Source: Picochlorum sp. SENEW3 (Eukaryota). Taken from it: a DNA stretch of 64,000 nucleotides. The notes under the pieces were generated by a model. It saw only the letters and a program-made list of their open reading frames with translations. It did no database searches and was not told the origin of the DNA. A program made the position numbers and the translations under genes. Positions 31,723-44,534 of the stretch are shown one piece after another; position 1 is the stretch's first letter; each line of letters begins with the position of its first letter. The stretch covers positions 558,001 through 622,000 of the forward strand of contig CP120456.1 of the NCBI GenBank assembly GCA_034226945.1, read 5' to 3'.

Positions 31723-34700
31723 CTAATCTATTGGTTCTCGATGGATTCGAGAGTGCTGATTTTCATCCTTGGTGACTCTCCACAAATACTCAATGTATTC
31801 CCTTGATCCAAGTCTTCTTGCGAATTCTTCGTCATGTGTGATGACAATGAGCTGGAAAGAATCAAAATCTTTGCGAGCAATCATCAGCGACTTGAGAGCT
31901 TCGGCAAGGGAAGCTGAGTTCTCGGCATCCAAGTTGGTGGTTGGCTCATCCAGAGCCAAGACACCGCAGTTGAGGCAAAAGTTCTCTGCAAGAGCAAGAC
32001 GTATAATGAGACATGCTAAGACTTTCTGTCCAGCGCTGCATCGGCCTCGCATGTCCAGCTCTGCGCCTCCAACATACATGACGACCCTGTAATTGTATGC
32101 TGCCCTCTGGGATGTAGTTTCTGTGTCTGCTTTGATCTGGATGTAATCGATATCAACGCCACGATACGTTTTCTGCCAGAGTTCTTTGATTGTTTTGTTT
32201 ATTTCGGACATTTTAGAGGCGTGAAATGCGAGAAGAGCACGTTCAAGGGCCTTATAATACTTTTCTAAGTCTGCTGTCGCCATTTCTATTGACTCTGCCT
32301 CAGTGAGCTGAGAAAAATACCTACTGTCAATATTCGAGAATTCCGCACTATGCAATCGATCCTTTGCATTTTTGATATTTTCTGTGATGGCAGCATAGGA
32401 TCCTGCTGCCATATCTGCCTCACTCTGCTTGGCAGACCGAATTTCTTGAAGATTTTGTGCCTTTTCTGCAATGATTGCTTCGCGTTCAAAGACAGAGTCG
32501 TCGACACCCATTTGCTCCATCTCTGTTCTGACTTTTTGCAACTCAGACTCTTTCCTCTTATAATGAAGTATATCACTCAATTGCTGTGTAAATTCTTGTG
32601 CATCTGCGAATTCCTCGGATTTCCCAGCCATCTCAGCTTGAAGTCCCCGCAAGCTATCATCCAATGCAGTCTTTTCGTCTTCCATCTGTTTCAAAGATCG
32701 CTCCATATCTCTAGCTGCTTGATCCGGATCTCCTTCTCCGAATTGAGGCTCAATTGATTTTATCTGAGTGGAGAACGTCTGTAATAACTGCAAGGATGTT
32801 TGCAATTTTCCAAGGGTCTCTTCAAATGCTATGCTGGAATTTTCCTTGTTAGTCACAAGGGATACTTTTTCCTCCTCCATTGCCTTTAATTCGATTGAAA
32901 ACTCAGCAACCTCTGTCGCAAAAATTTCATTTTCCTCGATCAATGAGTTCAGCTCCCTTTCAAAGGAAATTTTGGACTCATACCCCTCATTCATGGTCCG
33001 AATTTCTTCCTGGAGCTTATGCACTTGGTTCCTCGATTTTGATACATTTTTTTCCAACTCAGAGACATGGAAAGATAATTTATCACGCTCTTCTTGCTTG
33101 GAAGCGCGTGAAGATTCCACCAAGGTCAGTTCGTTGTCAATATCCTCAATGGTTCTTGATCCCCCTAATCCACCAAGTAAGTCCAAGTGCTGCTTACAGG
33201 CCGCTTCGTCTTCTTCTATTTGTGCCATCATCTGACACCAAGGCAAGACTATAGATTGAAACAGTTCAGAAGACGCTGCAAGAGAAGACCTGGATGCTTC
33301 CATTTCTTTTTCTGCACCTTGCACCTCCAGTGTTACTTTTGTGAATTCATCAGATGCATCCTGTACCTCCTGAAGAAGCCTGGGTATGACGGAATTCTTC
33401 AATCGTTTATATCTTTGAACATCCGGTTCTATTATTTGCAATGCCCTTAGTTTGGATTCCAGGAGCTCAATTTCCCCTTGAGCCTTTGAGACCTGTGCTG
33501 GAGATTCGAGAATCATCTTTTCTGTTTTTGTCATGAAATCAGACTTTTCCGAATCATTCGCAAATTCTCTGCTGCAAGTCCAGCATGTGGATGTACACGA
33601 GGCATGTTCTTTCTGTTTGGTCCAAATTTCAACATATGCATCACAGTAATTGACCTTTTTCACATTTTCTTCCTTTTGGCCTTGCAGACTTGCAATCTGC
33701 TCACTCAGATTGTCCACATTCCCGTCAAATTTACTTTGTATGCTATTTTGCAGTGCATTCAATTCTTCCTCAGCCTGTGATACAGCTTTTTGCTTTGAAT
33801 CGAGTAAAAATTTTGCTTCTGCATGTCTGGCTTTCGCGGCATTGAAGACCTCTTTGACCTTCGCGTCAGCCTTCTCCTTATTGTGAAGAAATTCTTTGAC
33901 GTTGCTTTTCAGAGATGAACCATCATGTGGAATTGATGCTGGTGCAATGCCCATATCTATTGCAAGTCTGCTTGCATTGATTGCTCTGAAACTTTGCTCC
34001 TTTTGCTTTAACTTCTCAAGCTCTTGCGACCTGATCTTCATTCTCAAGGAGGATTCTCCTGCCGATGCGACTTTGCTTCTCTCCTGCCGAAGCTTTTGAA
34101 TATCCCCATTAGACTGCTGGATAGCAGCATCCAGATCCTTTATCCTTTTCCCGTGATTGCTTTGCTCAAATTCCTCCTCCATCTGTTTCAGTTCCCTCTC
34201 AGCTGCTCTCAACTGCTCGACTAAAAAACTGTGCCGACTTTCTACATCTACAGCGATGCTGCTCTGAAGATCAGATAACTTTTGCTGAATTTCAGTGATT
34301 CTGGCACCATTGCTTTCCACTGCTTCCTTCTTCAATCGTGATTTTTCCTTCGCTGCACTGATCCTGTCATTCAAGGAATCTATTGTTGACTGTAGGGAGT
34401 TCTGGTCGCTCCTTTGTTTCGACTTGATTTGCTCTATTTGGCTCTTCATTTCATTCTCTTTGGCATACAAAGTATCCAAGGTTACTAAAGCCTCTTGTCT
34501 GCCGACATTTGAATTCCCATGGAATGGTAAATCTATCTCCAGTCTAATCTTGCCTAACAGGGTCATCAAGGAGCCCTTGGCACTCCTAAACGCCTCCGCT
34601 TTACCAATAGCCTGACCATACGATTTCATGAGAATGTCTTTCCGTCTCAGTACATCCCGAATGTTTTCCTCCGCATCTGCTATATAACCTCGCACTTGTT

Positions 34701-35847
34701 GCATAGACTCTTCCAGTTCAACAAGGCGTGGACCAAATTCTGCCTGAAATCCCTCCACCTCTTGTATTGAAACGTCGAAATCTTCAGGTTTATATTTCTC
34801 TCGTAGATCTGCTACTAATTTGTGGAGCTCAGCCTGGAGAATGTCGTATCGAGCCTTTATTGAGGACACTTGACCCTTTTTGTTTGAAATATCCTTCATT
34901 TCTGCTTGCAAGACTTCCAAATCTAGGTCAATCTGTGCTATTTCGGACCTCAGACTAGAGATTGTATTATTATGAGCTTCAATAGAATGCTCCCCATCGC
35001 TTATTGTCACGCGCAAACGCTGTGCTTCGTTTCTATAGCTTCTGAGCGTTTCCAGCTGCAACCTTTTTTCTCTAGCTTCTGTCTGCTCTTTATTCCTGAG
35101 TTTCTTCAACTCATCTAATGCTTTGGTATACTTGGTTGCAGCAAAAATATCATCAAAACGCTTCTTGACGGTGCTGGCATCTGAAAGAGGCCAATTAGAC
35201 TCTTCCTGATGGACAAATATAACATTCTCTAGGATGGCCTTTGTCACTCCCATTGAGTATGGAACTTCCTGATTAATATTACTACATCGCTGTGGCAGAG
35301 CACAATAATCCTGGATCTCTGGATCCCAAATCGTCAATGCATTATCCACAGCTTTGAACTTGAGAGTCTTCTGCTTCTGAGAGAGAGAGAAATTTCGAAT
35401 TGCCATGAAAGAACCTCTTCGTGGTCCATTAAAACAGAGTTTGATCTGTGCCTTTACCTCCACTTCTCCAGCAACCTTTGGATCATGAATGAAATTCTGC
35501 CCTGACCTTACATTGGGAGGCAAATCGCCTGTACAAGCCATTTTCAGGCATTCGATGATTGTCTGCAAGGGAAAAAAACGTCTGTAAGACACACCCTCTC
35601 CAACGGAAAAAGAGCACACAAACCTACCGTCTTTCCAGCCCCGTTATGACCAACTATAAGCGTTAATGGCTTATAAAACGTTATTTTTTCATCATTATCC
35701 GGGCTAAAGGCACGTATGCCCTTGATCGACATCTACAAGAACAAATCAACAAATCGTCGTTTCAAACACGTGTCCACATATCGGCGACATGCGCATCGTT
35801 AAATGCTCAGGAAATATAAATATACGCACAACTTCTATCGTGCTCAT
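31723..35847 (-). CDS. RAD50: DNA repair protein RAD50; intron 35563-35627 (first exon approximate)
   Basis: IKGIRAF, Walker [27 protein letters not shown], long coiled coil, [19 protein letters not shown] and IVITHD. Confidence 0.96.
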
Positions 35848-36007
35848 TGTGAAATGGCATGTAATTTCCCGCCTGGTGCCCCAGCTGAATTCGTGCCCAA
35901 CAGAATTCTTTTCAAATGCTTTTCCTGTAACTTTCTTCTTTCATGATGTTTTTACAATATCTGTGTCAATATAATATAAATATGTTGAATTCTAATTACC
36001 GCTGGAG

Positions 36008-38775
36008 TTATTGGACCTGTGCAGGCTGTCCGGAATTGGGGCTCTTTGGAGGGATGGGGAAATCATCCAAAGAAGACCTAGAAGCAAAGTCTTGCAGAGT
36101 TTCCAATCGTTTCCGTTCCTCGGGATTCAGAAGTTGTTCTTTTACTTGCTCAGCCTTTCGTTTCAGAATCCGCGTCGGCACCACATCCCAACCTGAGACT
36201 CTTCCCATGACAAGCTCTGCAAGAGACTGTACATCTGCCTCACCAACATCCTCCAAGACGTCTTCAACATCCACTTGCACATCTGAATCCATCTCAAAGC
36301 TCTCATACGGAGTATTCTTCAATAAATATACTAATCGCTCCCCTGACACCGTTTCATCAGTGTTCGTGCACAATTCTTCGGCAACAGTCTCAATGACGTG
36401 CCGTCTTTCATGCACCAACTTCCATGCCTTGTTGTACGCACGTCTCTGAAGCGCCATGATGCATTCATCGTGCTTGGTATCTTGCCATGCCGTTGTAGGG
36501 TCTTCTTTATCACCCATATACATATTCGTCATGACTGGAGAAGACTTATTAGAAGGATGCAACTTTGAATCGATAACAAGCCACTTGGCAAGCGATCCAG
36601 CTTTTGAGATCTCTTTGCCAGTCAACAGTGTCACTCCGTCTTCCCCATACATCATCTCTTCACAGCATCTAGGAACGTATAGAGGGGTCATCAATTCGCA
36701 GCATAAATCAAATTGGCTCAGCGGCTCTGATATGTGCACAGCATTTGTAGTGCTTCCTTCCTGCGCAAGAAGGTGCCATGTTCCTCCATCAGATCGTGGC
36801 TCTTGTGGCACGAAAAGTATACGAGCCTGAACACCACCTCTAGGTTTGATCGTCACATATTGAATATCTGGCAACCCTGGAGTTAAAGCGAAAGCAACGG
36901 CTCTCGCGGCTTCAACGAGGGCAAACCGCTTCTTCGCAGGGGAATCTGGAATGCTTGATTGTGGCAGACCTACCCGAATCTTCGACATGGCATCTTTCAT
37001 AATGTCCATATCAATGATGGGCGAATCTTTCCTAACGCCTAAAATAGCTGCCTCATTCAACAAGTTTGCTAACTCCGCGCCACTATATCCAATAGTTAAA
37101 TCAGCCACCTTTTCCAGCATTGCATTATCATCTGAGCGATCTATCGGCTTTCCTTTTGCATGGACTTCCAGAATCTTCAACCTATTCCTAGGGGTGGGCC
37201 TTCCCATATGAATAATTCTATCAAATCGACCTGGTCGTAACAACGCATCGTCTAATGCTGATGCAAGATTTGTGGCTCCAATTATTAGAACCTGGTCATC
37301 TTGAAAGAATCCATCCATCTCCGTCAACAACTGAAGCAACCCTTGCTCTCGTTCTGCCGAACCTGAATCGGCAATTGTATCATCCCTTGCTTTCCCTATC
37401 GCATCAATTTCGTCAATAAATATGATAGCTGGAGCATTCTTACGAGCTGCGCTGAACAGTGACCGTATCCTTGCCGCAGCCACACCCTGGAACATCTCCA
37501 CAAACTCCGCTCCATTCGCAGAATAAAAGGGAATCCCTGCTTCTCCAGCCATTGCTTTTGCCAGTAGCGTCTTTCCTGTTCCAGGAGGACCCTCGAGCAA
37601 AACCCCCTTGATCGGGTGTGCCCCCATCTCTCTGAATCTCTCCCCTCCCAACAGGATATCCAACACAACCTTGATATCATCCTTCACTGCATCGATACCA
37701 GCGACATCCTCATACCGTACTCCAGTATCTCTTTTCGTGGCTTTTTTCTTTCCTCCATCCTTCACATCCTCCTCCACATTAAACGCTGTTGCACGATGCC
37801 TTCCTAACTCCTCCGCCATCTCTTCCTGAGCACTCTTCTTCTTCTTCCCAAACTTTTTCAGAACCCAATCCCCACCTCCAACCACTAAGCGAAGCACCAA
37901 TAGCCCAATGATTGGAAGGAATTGCGTACTATACTGGTTCAGAAACACATACGAATCCCCTGGGTCCACAACCTGCAATTCTGGCCTCACTTCATTCAAC
38001 CGAAGCAAATTCTCATACGGCACTCGCAATTGCCCATTCATCATAACTCTCTTCTCCTGATTATCTTTAATCAGCCTCATCAGCGTGCCTTCCTCCCACA
38101 CATCCCCAGGAAGCTCGCAATAATACCTATTCTTCTCCATTTTCCACTCTGGAACCTCCTCAGCGTATTGAATAGTCAAATCCTTCCGATCATAGCATAC
38201 GGTACTAAAGTCAGATTCCGTATTCTCCACCGGAATCTCCACAATAGCAGATTTACCATCCGATAAGAGCACTAGACGCTTCACCTTTCGTTTATACAGC
38301 AACTCCAACAACCTTGCATACGACAACTGAAAGGATCCCGTAGGGGCAAACAAGTCCCCATAGTACACTTTATCATATAATCTCTTTGCTGAAGACTTGA
38401 TAGCCCCTGCAACCTCGCGAACAGAGTCTTTGTCCTGGGGAGGTGTCGTCTCCTTCGCCGCCACTGCCAATTCAGAATACTACACAGGCGACCATACATT
38501 GTCATATACATGTATATACAAGTACATCCATCATACCCAATCCAACGTACCACTTCCACAGTCGAAGCCTCGCATTCCACCACTGGAGAATTCTCCTCAA
38601 ACGGATTCTTCGATGCTTGCATTCTCAGACTCCGTCTAATTAATTTTTTATTACAGATCCTTCGAGAACAGGGTACCGGCATGTTCCGTGTGTATTGTCT
38701 AGGAAGAGCAGCACTGTTCCCGATTCTCGTCTGTGTAGACGCGAGAATTCGAGTACCACGCCGAGCAGTATTCAT
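36008..38775 (-). CDS. Plastid FtsH-like AAA ATPase lacking HExxH (FtsHi type); intron 38480-38550
   Basis: GPPGTGKT, IFIDEIDAIG and LLRPGRFDR motifs. LVEAARA stands where HEAGH is expected. N-terminal exon is transit-like. Confidence 0.88.
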
Positions 38776-39050
38776 GATTTCTATCAACCACCACCACCAC
38801 TATTGTATCTATTTTACAAATGGGTATCTCTGCGATGCTCCCAATGGGATATACCACAGAGCTGTCTCTGGCATCATGATGCTGCCTCTCTCATGAGAGA
38901 TTGAGAGTTGCAAGATTGTCTCTCAATGTGTATATATGCATGTGTTTGTACAATGCATTATCATTCCATGTTACAGTGAGGAGACATGCATTTCATCCAC
39001 ATTCACACACTCACAGACAAGATCAACTAAACAAATGGCAAGAGGAATCC

Positions 39051-39974
39051 TTATGCAAGGCAGGATGGGGCACCGAGGCAGGAAAACAGACCAAAGAATT
39101 TTGACAATGCGCGCTTTGATCTGCCCATCTTCTTTGCGAAACGCCTCAATCGTGGCTTTTCCTCGGAGGCAGTGTCAAAGACACTTGCCTTTGTTTGCCC
39201 CTCGGAGGCAGCGGCACGTGGGCCATCGTCTTTGTTTGTTCCATGTTGATGGAAAGAGTCAGGATCTGCCTTTTCACTGACGATATCGCATGGAACATTA
39301 TTCTCCTGTCCATTGACAGACTCATCGATAGATTCGTCGGCAGCAGCTGATGCGGGTCTGTATGCTCCAATCTTCTCAAGAGAAATAGCACTGATGTCAC
39401 CCTCTGGCATCTCAGCTGGGCATTGCTCAATGCATGTTTCGCTTGCAAGCTCGTCAGAAAAAACGTCCAATCGAAGCATATCATCGTTCCATTCTTCTTG
39501 ACTCAGTTCCTCGAGTCCTGCCAAAACTTCTTCCTGATACTCCTTGTCATCCGACAGCTTGACCAGGAACTGGGCAACATCCTCTCCAAATTCCTCTTCA
39601 ATATTGAGTGGTTCGAATGCCACAAACACATCCACTTTGTACATATCCTTGTTCACGATACAAGAGTGCGTGCACGTCTGGAGCAGGTACGCCAAATCGT
39701 CTTCAGTCTCAATCTTTTTCAGATGAATAGGGTTCCCATTGAACCTCTTGCCGGGGAGTCTGGAAGATACTGATGTAATCTTACCCTTGTAGCCAGCAAC
39801 GGGGGCAACCGTGTCCATCAAACGGAGATTGAGGTCAGAATAGGTGATATCTGTAGATATTTCAGTCTCCACGCAGAATTTCTGGTTGTAGCGCCAGCAT
39901 CCTTTCTCCTTGTAAAAGTCGCAATTGCAGTGCAGTGCAAGTCGTACAGTCCCTGGAACTCGTTGCTCCATCAT
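39051..39974 (-). CDS. Hypothetical protein with a possible N-terminal PB1-like domain
   Basis: Long ORF with the pattern ITYSDLNLRL...RLPG...IETEDDLAYLL...VDVFV. Confidence 0.55.
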   Translation of the reverse strand: MMEQRVPGTVRLALHCNCDFYKEKGCWRYNQKFCVETEISTDITYSDLNLRLMDTVAPVAGYKGKITSVSSRLPGKRFNGNPIHLKKIETEDDLAYLLQTCTHSCIVNKDMYKVDVFVAFEPLNIEEEFGEDVAQFLVKLSDDKEYQEEVLAGLEELSQEEWNDDMLRLDVFSDELASETCIEQCPAEMPEGDISAISLEKIGAYRPASAAADESIDESVNGQENNVPCDIVSEKADPDSFHQHGTNKDDGPRAAASEGQTKASVFDTASEEKPRLRRFAKKMGRSKRALSKFFGLFSCLGAPSCLA

Positions 39975-40637
39975 TGTGAGAGTAGACTGAGTGAATTCAC
40001 GAGTAGATCTGTATGGCACATACGGTGATATATATTATTTACAATGCATTACACAAGGTTTCGATGCACCTTGTCACGATGACTCGGCCTTCCACGGTGG
40101 GTTTCAACGGTCTCGTTGCCACCAGACTCGTGACACCAAAACACACGCATTCATCACAATGAACATGTATACGAGGTATATATTTCAATTTTGGGATTAT
40201 ATATACCAAATGAAGACAACCGTTGGTCCGAATATACAGTAGATCGACGTGACGTATTCAAACGGTTGGAATGGATCTGGACTCGAATTTTACATACCTT
40301 TGTTACTTCGCGCAGCAATGTGCACTTTGGGTTGTAAATAGTATTTATTGGTATTATATAACTAATTTGTATTAGATAGAGTCGTCTGGGCGGGTGTAAT
40401 TCACTCATATGCGCATGCATCTATGCTCAGCGCGCGACCGTTGAATTTGAAAACGGTAACAACATGCACACACGGATGAAACACGCATTCCACAATATAT
40501 TGAGATTCAATCTCAGCAAGAATTCAACTTTTTATTTGTAAATATAGATATTTGAGAGGAATTCGAGTCCTTGTTGACTTTTGACACATTCGCTCAACTG
40601 TTCACATTACGCATTACGTCAACAACATGTCTTGTCG

Positions 40638-41219
40638 ATGCAGAGGTATTTGCATATGCATAGTATTACTCGATCGTTTGTTTTAAGTTTTTCATCTCAT
40701 GACCCACGACGGCTCGTGTGTGCAGGAAGGAAGGTCGTGACATATTTGAACAGACCTCAGGTTGCTGTCCAGCACTGTCCGAGTAGGAAGATGGGTACTC
40801 CGCCAATGTATTTGCAGTCATATGATCTCCATCCCGTGTCACTAGACCTTGCGTCCGAATCATCATTGGATGGTGCGTACGAATTGTTCTCGGAACCAAG
40901 CGAATGGTGTTTGCCCCTGGAGCCTTGTCAACCACTGTGGTCTGGAGAGATGGATGTTCAGGCATGTGTGGGCACTGTCCCTGTCTATGCGAATGAAAAT
41001 GATTCCAACTCCGTTTCTTCAGCTCATGTGATTGTTCTGCGTCGAAAAGACGATGATGAAGGTAACGATATCAGCGAGGAGCAGGTGTTTGTTGTCCATG
41101 GTGGACACAAATATTCAGACGAGGAATCCGACTTTTTTAATTTGGCGACGCATGGTTGGATGGATATTCGGAATGCCATGGCCATTTCTTTCTCCTCGAC
41201 GTTTTGTCATGCATATTAA
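40638..41219 (+). CDS. Hypothetical protein
   Basis: ORF of about 190 aa between AT-rich spacers. No motif recognised. Confidence 0.35.
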   Translation: MQRYLHMHSITRSFVLSFSSHDPRRLVCAGRKVVTYLNRPQVAVQHCPSRKMGTPPMYLQSYDLHPVSLDLASESSLDGAYELFSEPSEWCLPLEPCQPLWSGEMDVQACVGTVPVYANENDSNSVSSAHVIVLRRKDDDEGNDISEEQVFVVHGGHKYSDEESDFFNLATHGWMDIRNAMAISFSSTFCHAY

Positions 41220-41263
41220 TACCATATATAACATATAGAGTTCATTCATTGTAATTCAATACA

Positions 41264-42340
41264 TCAGGCAACAACAAGCCATTCAGAGTCAAAGACATCA
41301 TCATCATTCATGCCATAGTCCAGAGGAGAATCGACGTCATCGATGCCGAGATATCTATCTACGAGGCTTCGTACTCGCTTCATGCAACGCTGCACACCAG
41401 GTGCTGGATGCTCTTCTGGTGTTGCTTCAGGATCCAAGGAGGTAAGAGAGTAGGCCCGATTCAGGGATGTTTGAGAACCTAGAGGATGACTACGCGGTTC
41501 TATATGCGCACTATAATCCATTTCTGCCCCTTCATCAGTCTCTATGGACAAAAATCTGCTTTTTAATTTGCTAGAAATTGCTTCTGGGGTGTTCTGAGAT
41601 GGGGCAGTCACTTTAATCTTCTCTTGCAACAGGGATTTAACTGATTCTATGGATTCGTTTTCACACGTCGAATCCTCACAATGTATTTCTTTCATGACTG
41701 AACTCATATATGGAGGAAGCGTAGCTCTCCCAGTTCGTATTCGCCACGCTTCAGAGACAAGGTCCTCAAAGGTCCGCCTGATCTGACTCACTGCAGCCCG
41801 TTCCATGGGAGCCTGCAACACCTTTGGGATTGACTCTCGAAACACGAATCGTTGATACAACGTCACCAGACACTTTTCTGCTAGAACAGTTTGTGCGTCT
41901 CCGGCAGGAAAGAATTTCCTCAACTCTGGTTGGGAGAAGTTGTACACATGCCAAATACCATATAAATCAGTCAGTATGCTGCTTGAATCTGGCACAGCGG
42001 TAAAGTGCATACACTGAGATGACATGCTCTGCTCTACGAGAAGCTTTGATACAACCGTCCCATGAACGAGGCCAAGAACATTCCAATCACTTGCATTGTG
42101 AACTTGAAGCATCATGGTGCCTTTTCCATCATTGTGCAGAATGGTCCGCCTCACGCAGCCAGAAACAGCCCTAAATATCTCATGATTGTCTGGATGGGTG
42201 ATCAATTGGTAGAATTCCCAGTCGCAAATTGGGAATACGGCAGCAGCATTGACTTGAAGCGTCACACCTTGTCGGTCCACATCAAAAATAACATTCTCTC
42301 GTACCCAATTTCTCGCGTCCTTGTCATTTTGGTTACACAT
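41264..42340 (-). CDS. SRPBCC/polyketide cyclase-like (START) domain protein
   Basis: FYQLITHPDNHEIFRAV, LTDLYGIWHV and a C-terminal helix (QIRRTFEDL) fit a helix-grip fold. Confidence 0.55.
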   Translation of the reverse strand: MCNQNDKDARNWVRENVIFDVDRQGVTLQVNAAAVFPICDWEFYQLITHPDNHEIFRAVSGCVRRTILHNDGKGTMMLQVHNASDWNVLGLVHGTVVSKLLVEQSMSSQCMHFTAVPDSSSILTDLYGIWHVYNFSQPELRKFFPAGDAQTVLAEKCLVTLYQRFVFRESIPKVLQAPMERAAVSQIRRTFEDLVSEAWRIRTGRATLPPYMSSVMKEIHCEDSTCENESIESVKSLLQEKIKVTAPSQNTPEAISSKLKSRFLSIETDEGAEMDYSAHIEPRSHPLGSQTSLNRAYSLTSLDPEATPEEHPAPGVQRCMKRVRSLVDRYLGIDDVDSPLDYGMNDDDVFDSEWLVVA

Positions 42341-42645
42341 TCCACTTTTAATACACTAGTAGGAAACATTCGATGTACAATGATGCATTTTGGTGTTGTG
42401 GGTACGGTAGTTGCCACACGCAGATTCTTTAATATGAGTATATAAAAAACACCGCGATGCTCGAGTCTTGCCCATGAATTCATCGGTGTCGGTTACAGAA
42501 CCCATGAATGTATGTAGAAATCCCAAAATCCATTTCGAAATTTGTTCCTCTCTCTATCGACAAGCGCACAGACTAATCTTACGATAGTCTATCCTTATTG
42601 CTACGCTTCTGTGAAAATTTCATTTCAATCATTTCATTCACCAAC

Positions 42646-44090
42646 ATGAAAATTGAAGAAGATTCCGTTTGCAACATGAATGAATTAAAGGATGTTTTAA
42701 TGAAACGTTCGAGAGTCTTGTTTGAACTGCATGTCTTCGAAGGCGAGCAAGAGAAGGGGTCCTCCTCAGGATCACCAAAAGAGAAAGGTTCGAACCATGA
42801 ATTCATGCACGCATCTGCGTTGGAATCGTGAGAATTTCAGGGGTGTGATTGCTCACATTAGAAACATTGTTCGACAACTATACTTTCCTTATTGCGAAGA
42901 TACAGACGAAATTCTGATACTCCATGATACTTTTCTTATCGTTAACGATGATGATGTACAATGTCTTGTACAAGATATGACATATCCTCACAACATACTG
43001 CGCCTCGAGTGCAAATGCACCAAGCAGGATGACTCGGATAGGTAAGCTAGATATAATTTCATCTCAACCGTAAGATAAGAATCATAAGAGCAACTTGCCA
43101 TCCAGTAGCACTTCTTTGTAGGGAAAAGAAGACGGAAGAAAGCAAGGATGACCAGCTCCTGGAATCTTTAATCTCCCTTTGTATTCAGGATACTTTCCCC
43201 TATTGTAAGGGATATTTCAGGGAAAGTGTGGACAAACTGGAAGATTTCGAGCGTATTCCAGCGAAACACTTTGCAGTTATGATGCAAAATATCATGGAAG
43301 TGCTACATTTGGATGAGGAAGCAATCAATAATTTTTGCCAAAAAGTCAATCAGTATGTTCTTTCATTTCTTGCACCGCTCGATCAATGATACATATTGCC
43401 ATATATCTTGAAGTGTATATTTATCTATGTCTACATGTGTATGCAGAAAAATAAAAGATCACAATGCATTAGTGCATCCTTCACCGATCAAGACACAGGA
43501 GCATACAAACAGTTGCTGCAGTCACTGGCAATCGGACGCTTGTGATTTACTCACAGCTCATGCCACATCTCACTCACAGTGCATGAAAGCTGCAGTATGG
43601 GATGGACTGGGTAGAACCATACATACTGCCACTTCAGTGCGTATTCCTGTTTACCTAGGACCTGCTCATGTGCAAGGATCGTCTGGATATGTTCACAGTC
43701 ATTATCCAGAGCCTTCTACAAAACGTGCTTGTTTGTCAACATCTCCTGGAAAGCCTGTGCGCAAGAAGTCGTGTTGCACCCAAAGCTTCTTTCTCACCAG
43801 ATCTCTGATCAACCCCAGTCAATCATGCAAGTGGAGAGTAATACAAGCAACATGAATCATACCAGTATGCTGCAGAAATGCAGCCCGGAACAAGAGCTGC
43901 AGCTGTATCATCCATACCCTCTTGAGATGGAGATTCATCAGATATCCTCTGAGTACTGCTTTGGACGATATTGATTCACTTCCGGTGATATCAATGGACT
44001 CCTGAACCGAATTTTCCATTGATACCATGAAATGCGGTCTTTTTTGTAATCCTGATACTACCACAAACATTCGATTTATGCCGTACTAAG
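42646..44090 (+). pseudogene. Fragmented coding-like sequence (decayed or mis-assembled gene)
   Basis: Several short protein-like + strand frames broken by stops and frameshifts, with splice-like GT/AG sites. A YFPYC motif occurs twice. Confidence 0.4.
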
Positions 44091-44534
44091 TTGGAGGCAG
44101 AAATCCTTAATTAATGCATCGCAAATACATTTCCATGTCTTATGATCATTTCATCGGTATCTATGGCTCAATTTATGATAGGATCTCTTTCTGATGCCAA
44201 TACAAACCGGTACATTGCCAAACTTGGTTGCTGCTGCAGTCCTTGTTGTCTAAACAGATTCAAGCTTTTTTTATGATCCTCGTGATACTATACCTTGCTA
44301 CCACAAGTGCCAATATAATCATGATGTGACCATTTATGCAATGTATCAGCCGGCATTGCCCAATGTCCAAGGGATTTACATTTAAGGTTGTATTCAACGC
44401 TCTTTCGTCCCAAAGTCACAGGGTTTCCACACAATCCATTCTGTTGTAGAGAGCACATATGGTCCAGGGAAGAGAGGTGGAATTGCCTTGATTTACAAAT
44501 TTCTTACATCTAAAACACCATAATTGTACAGAGG

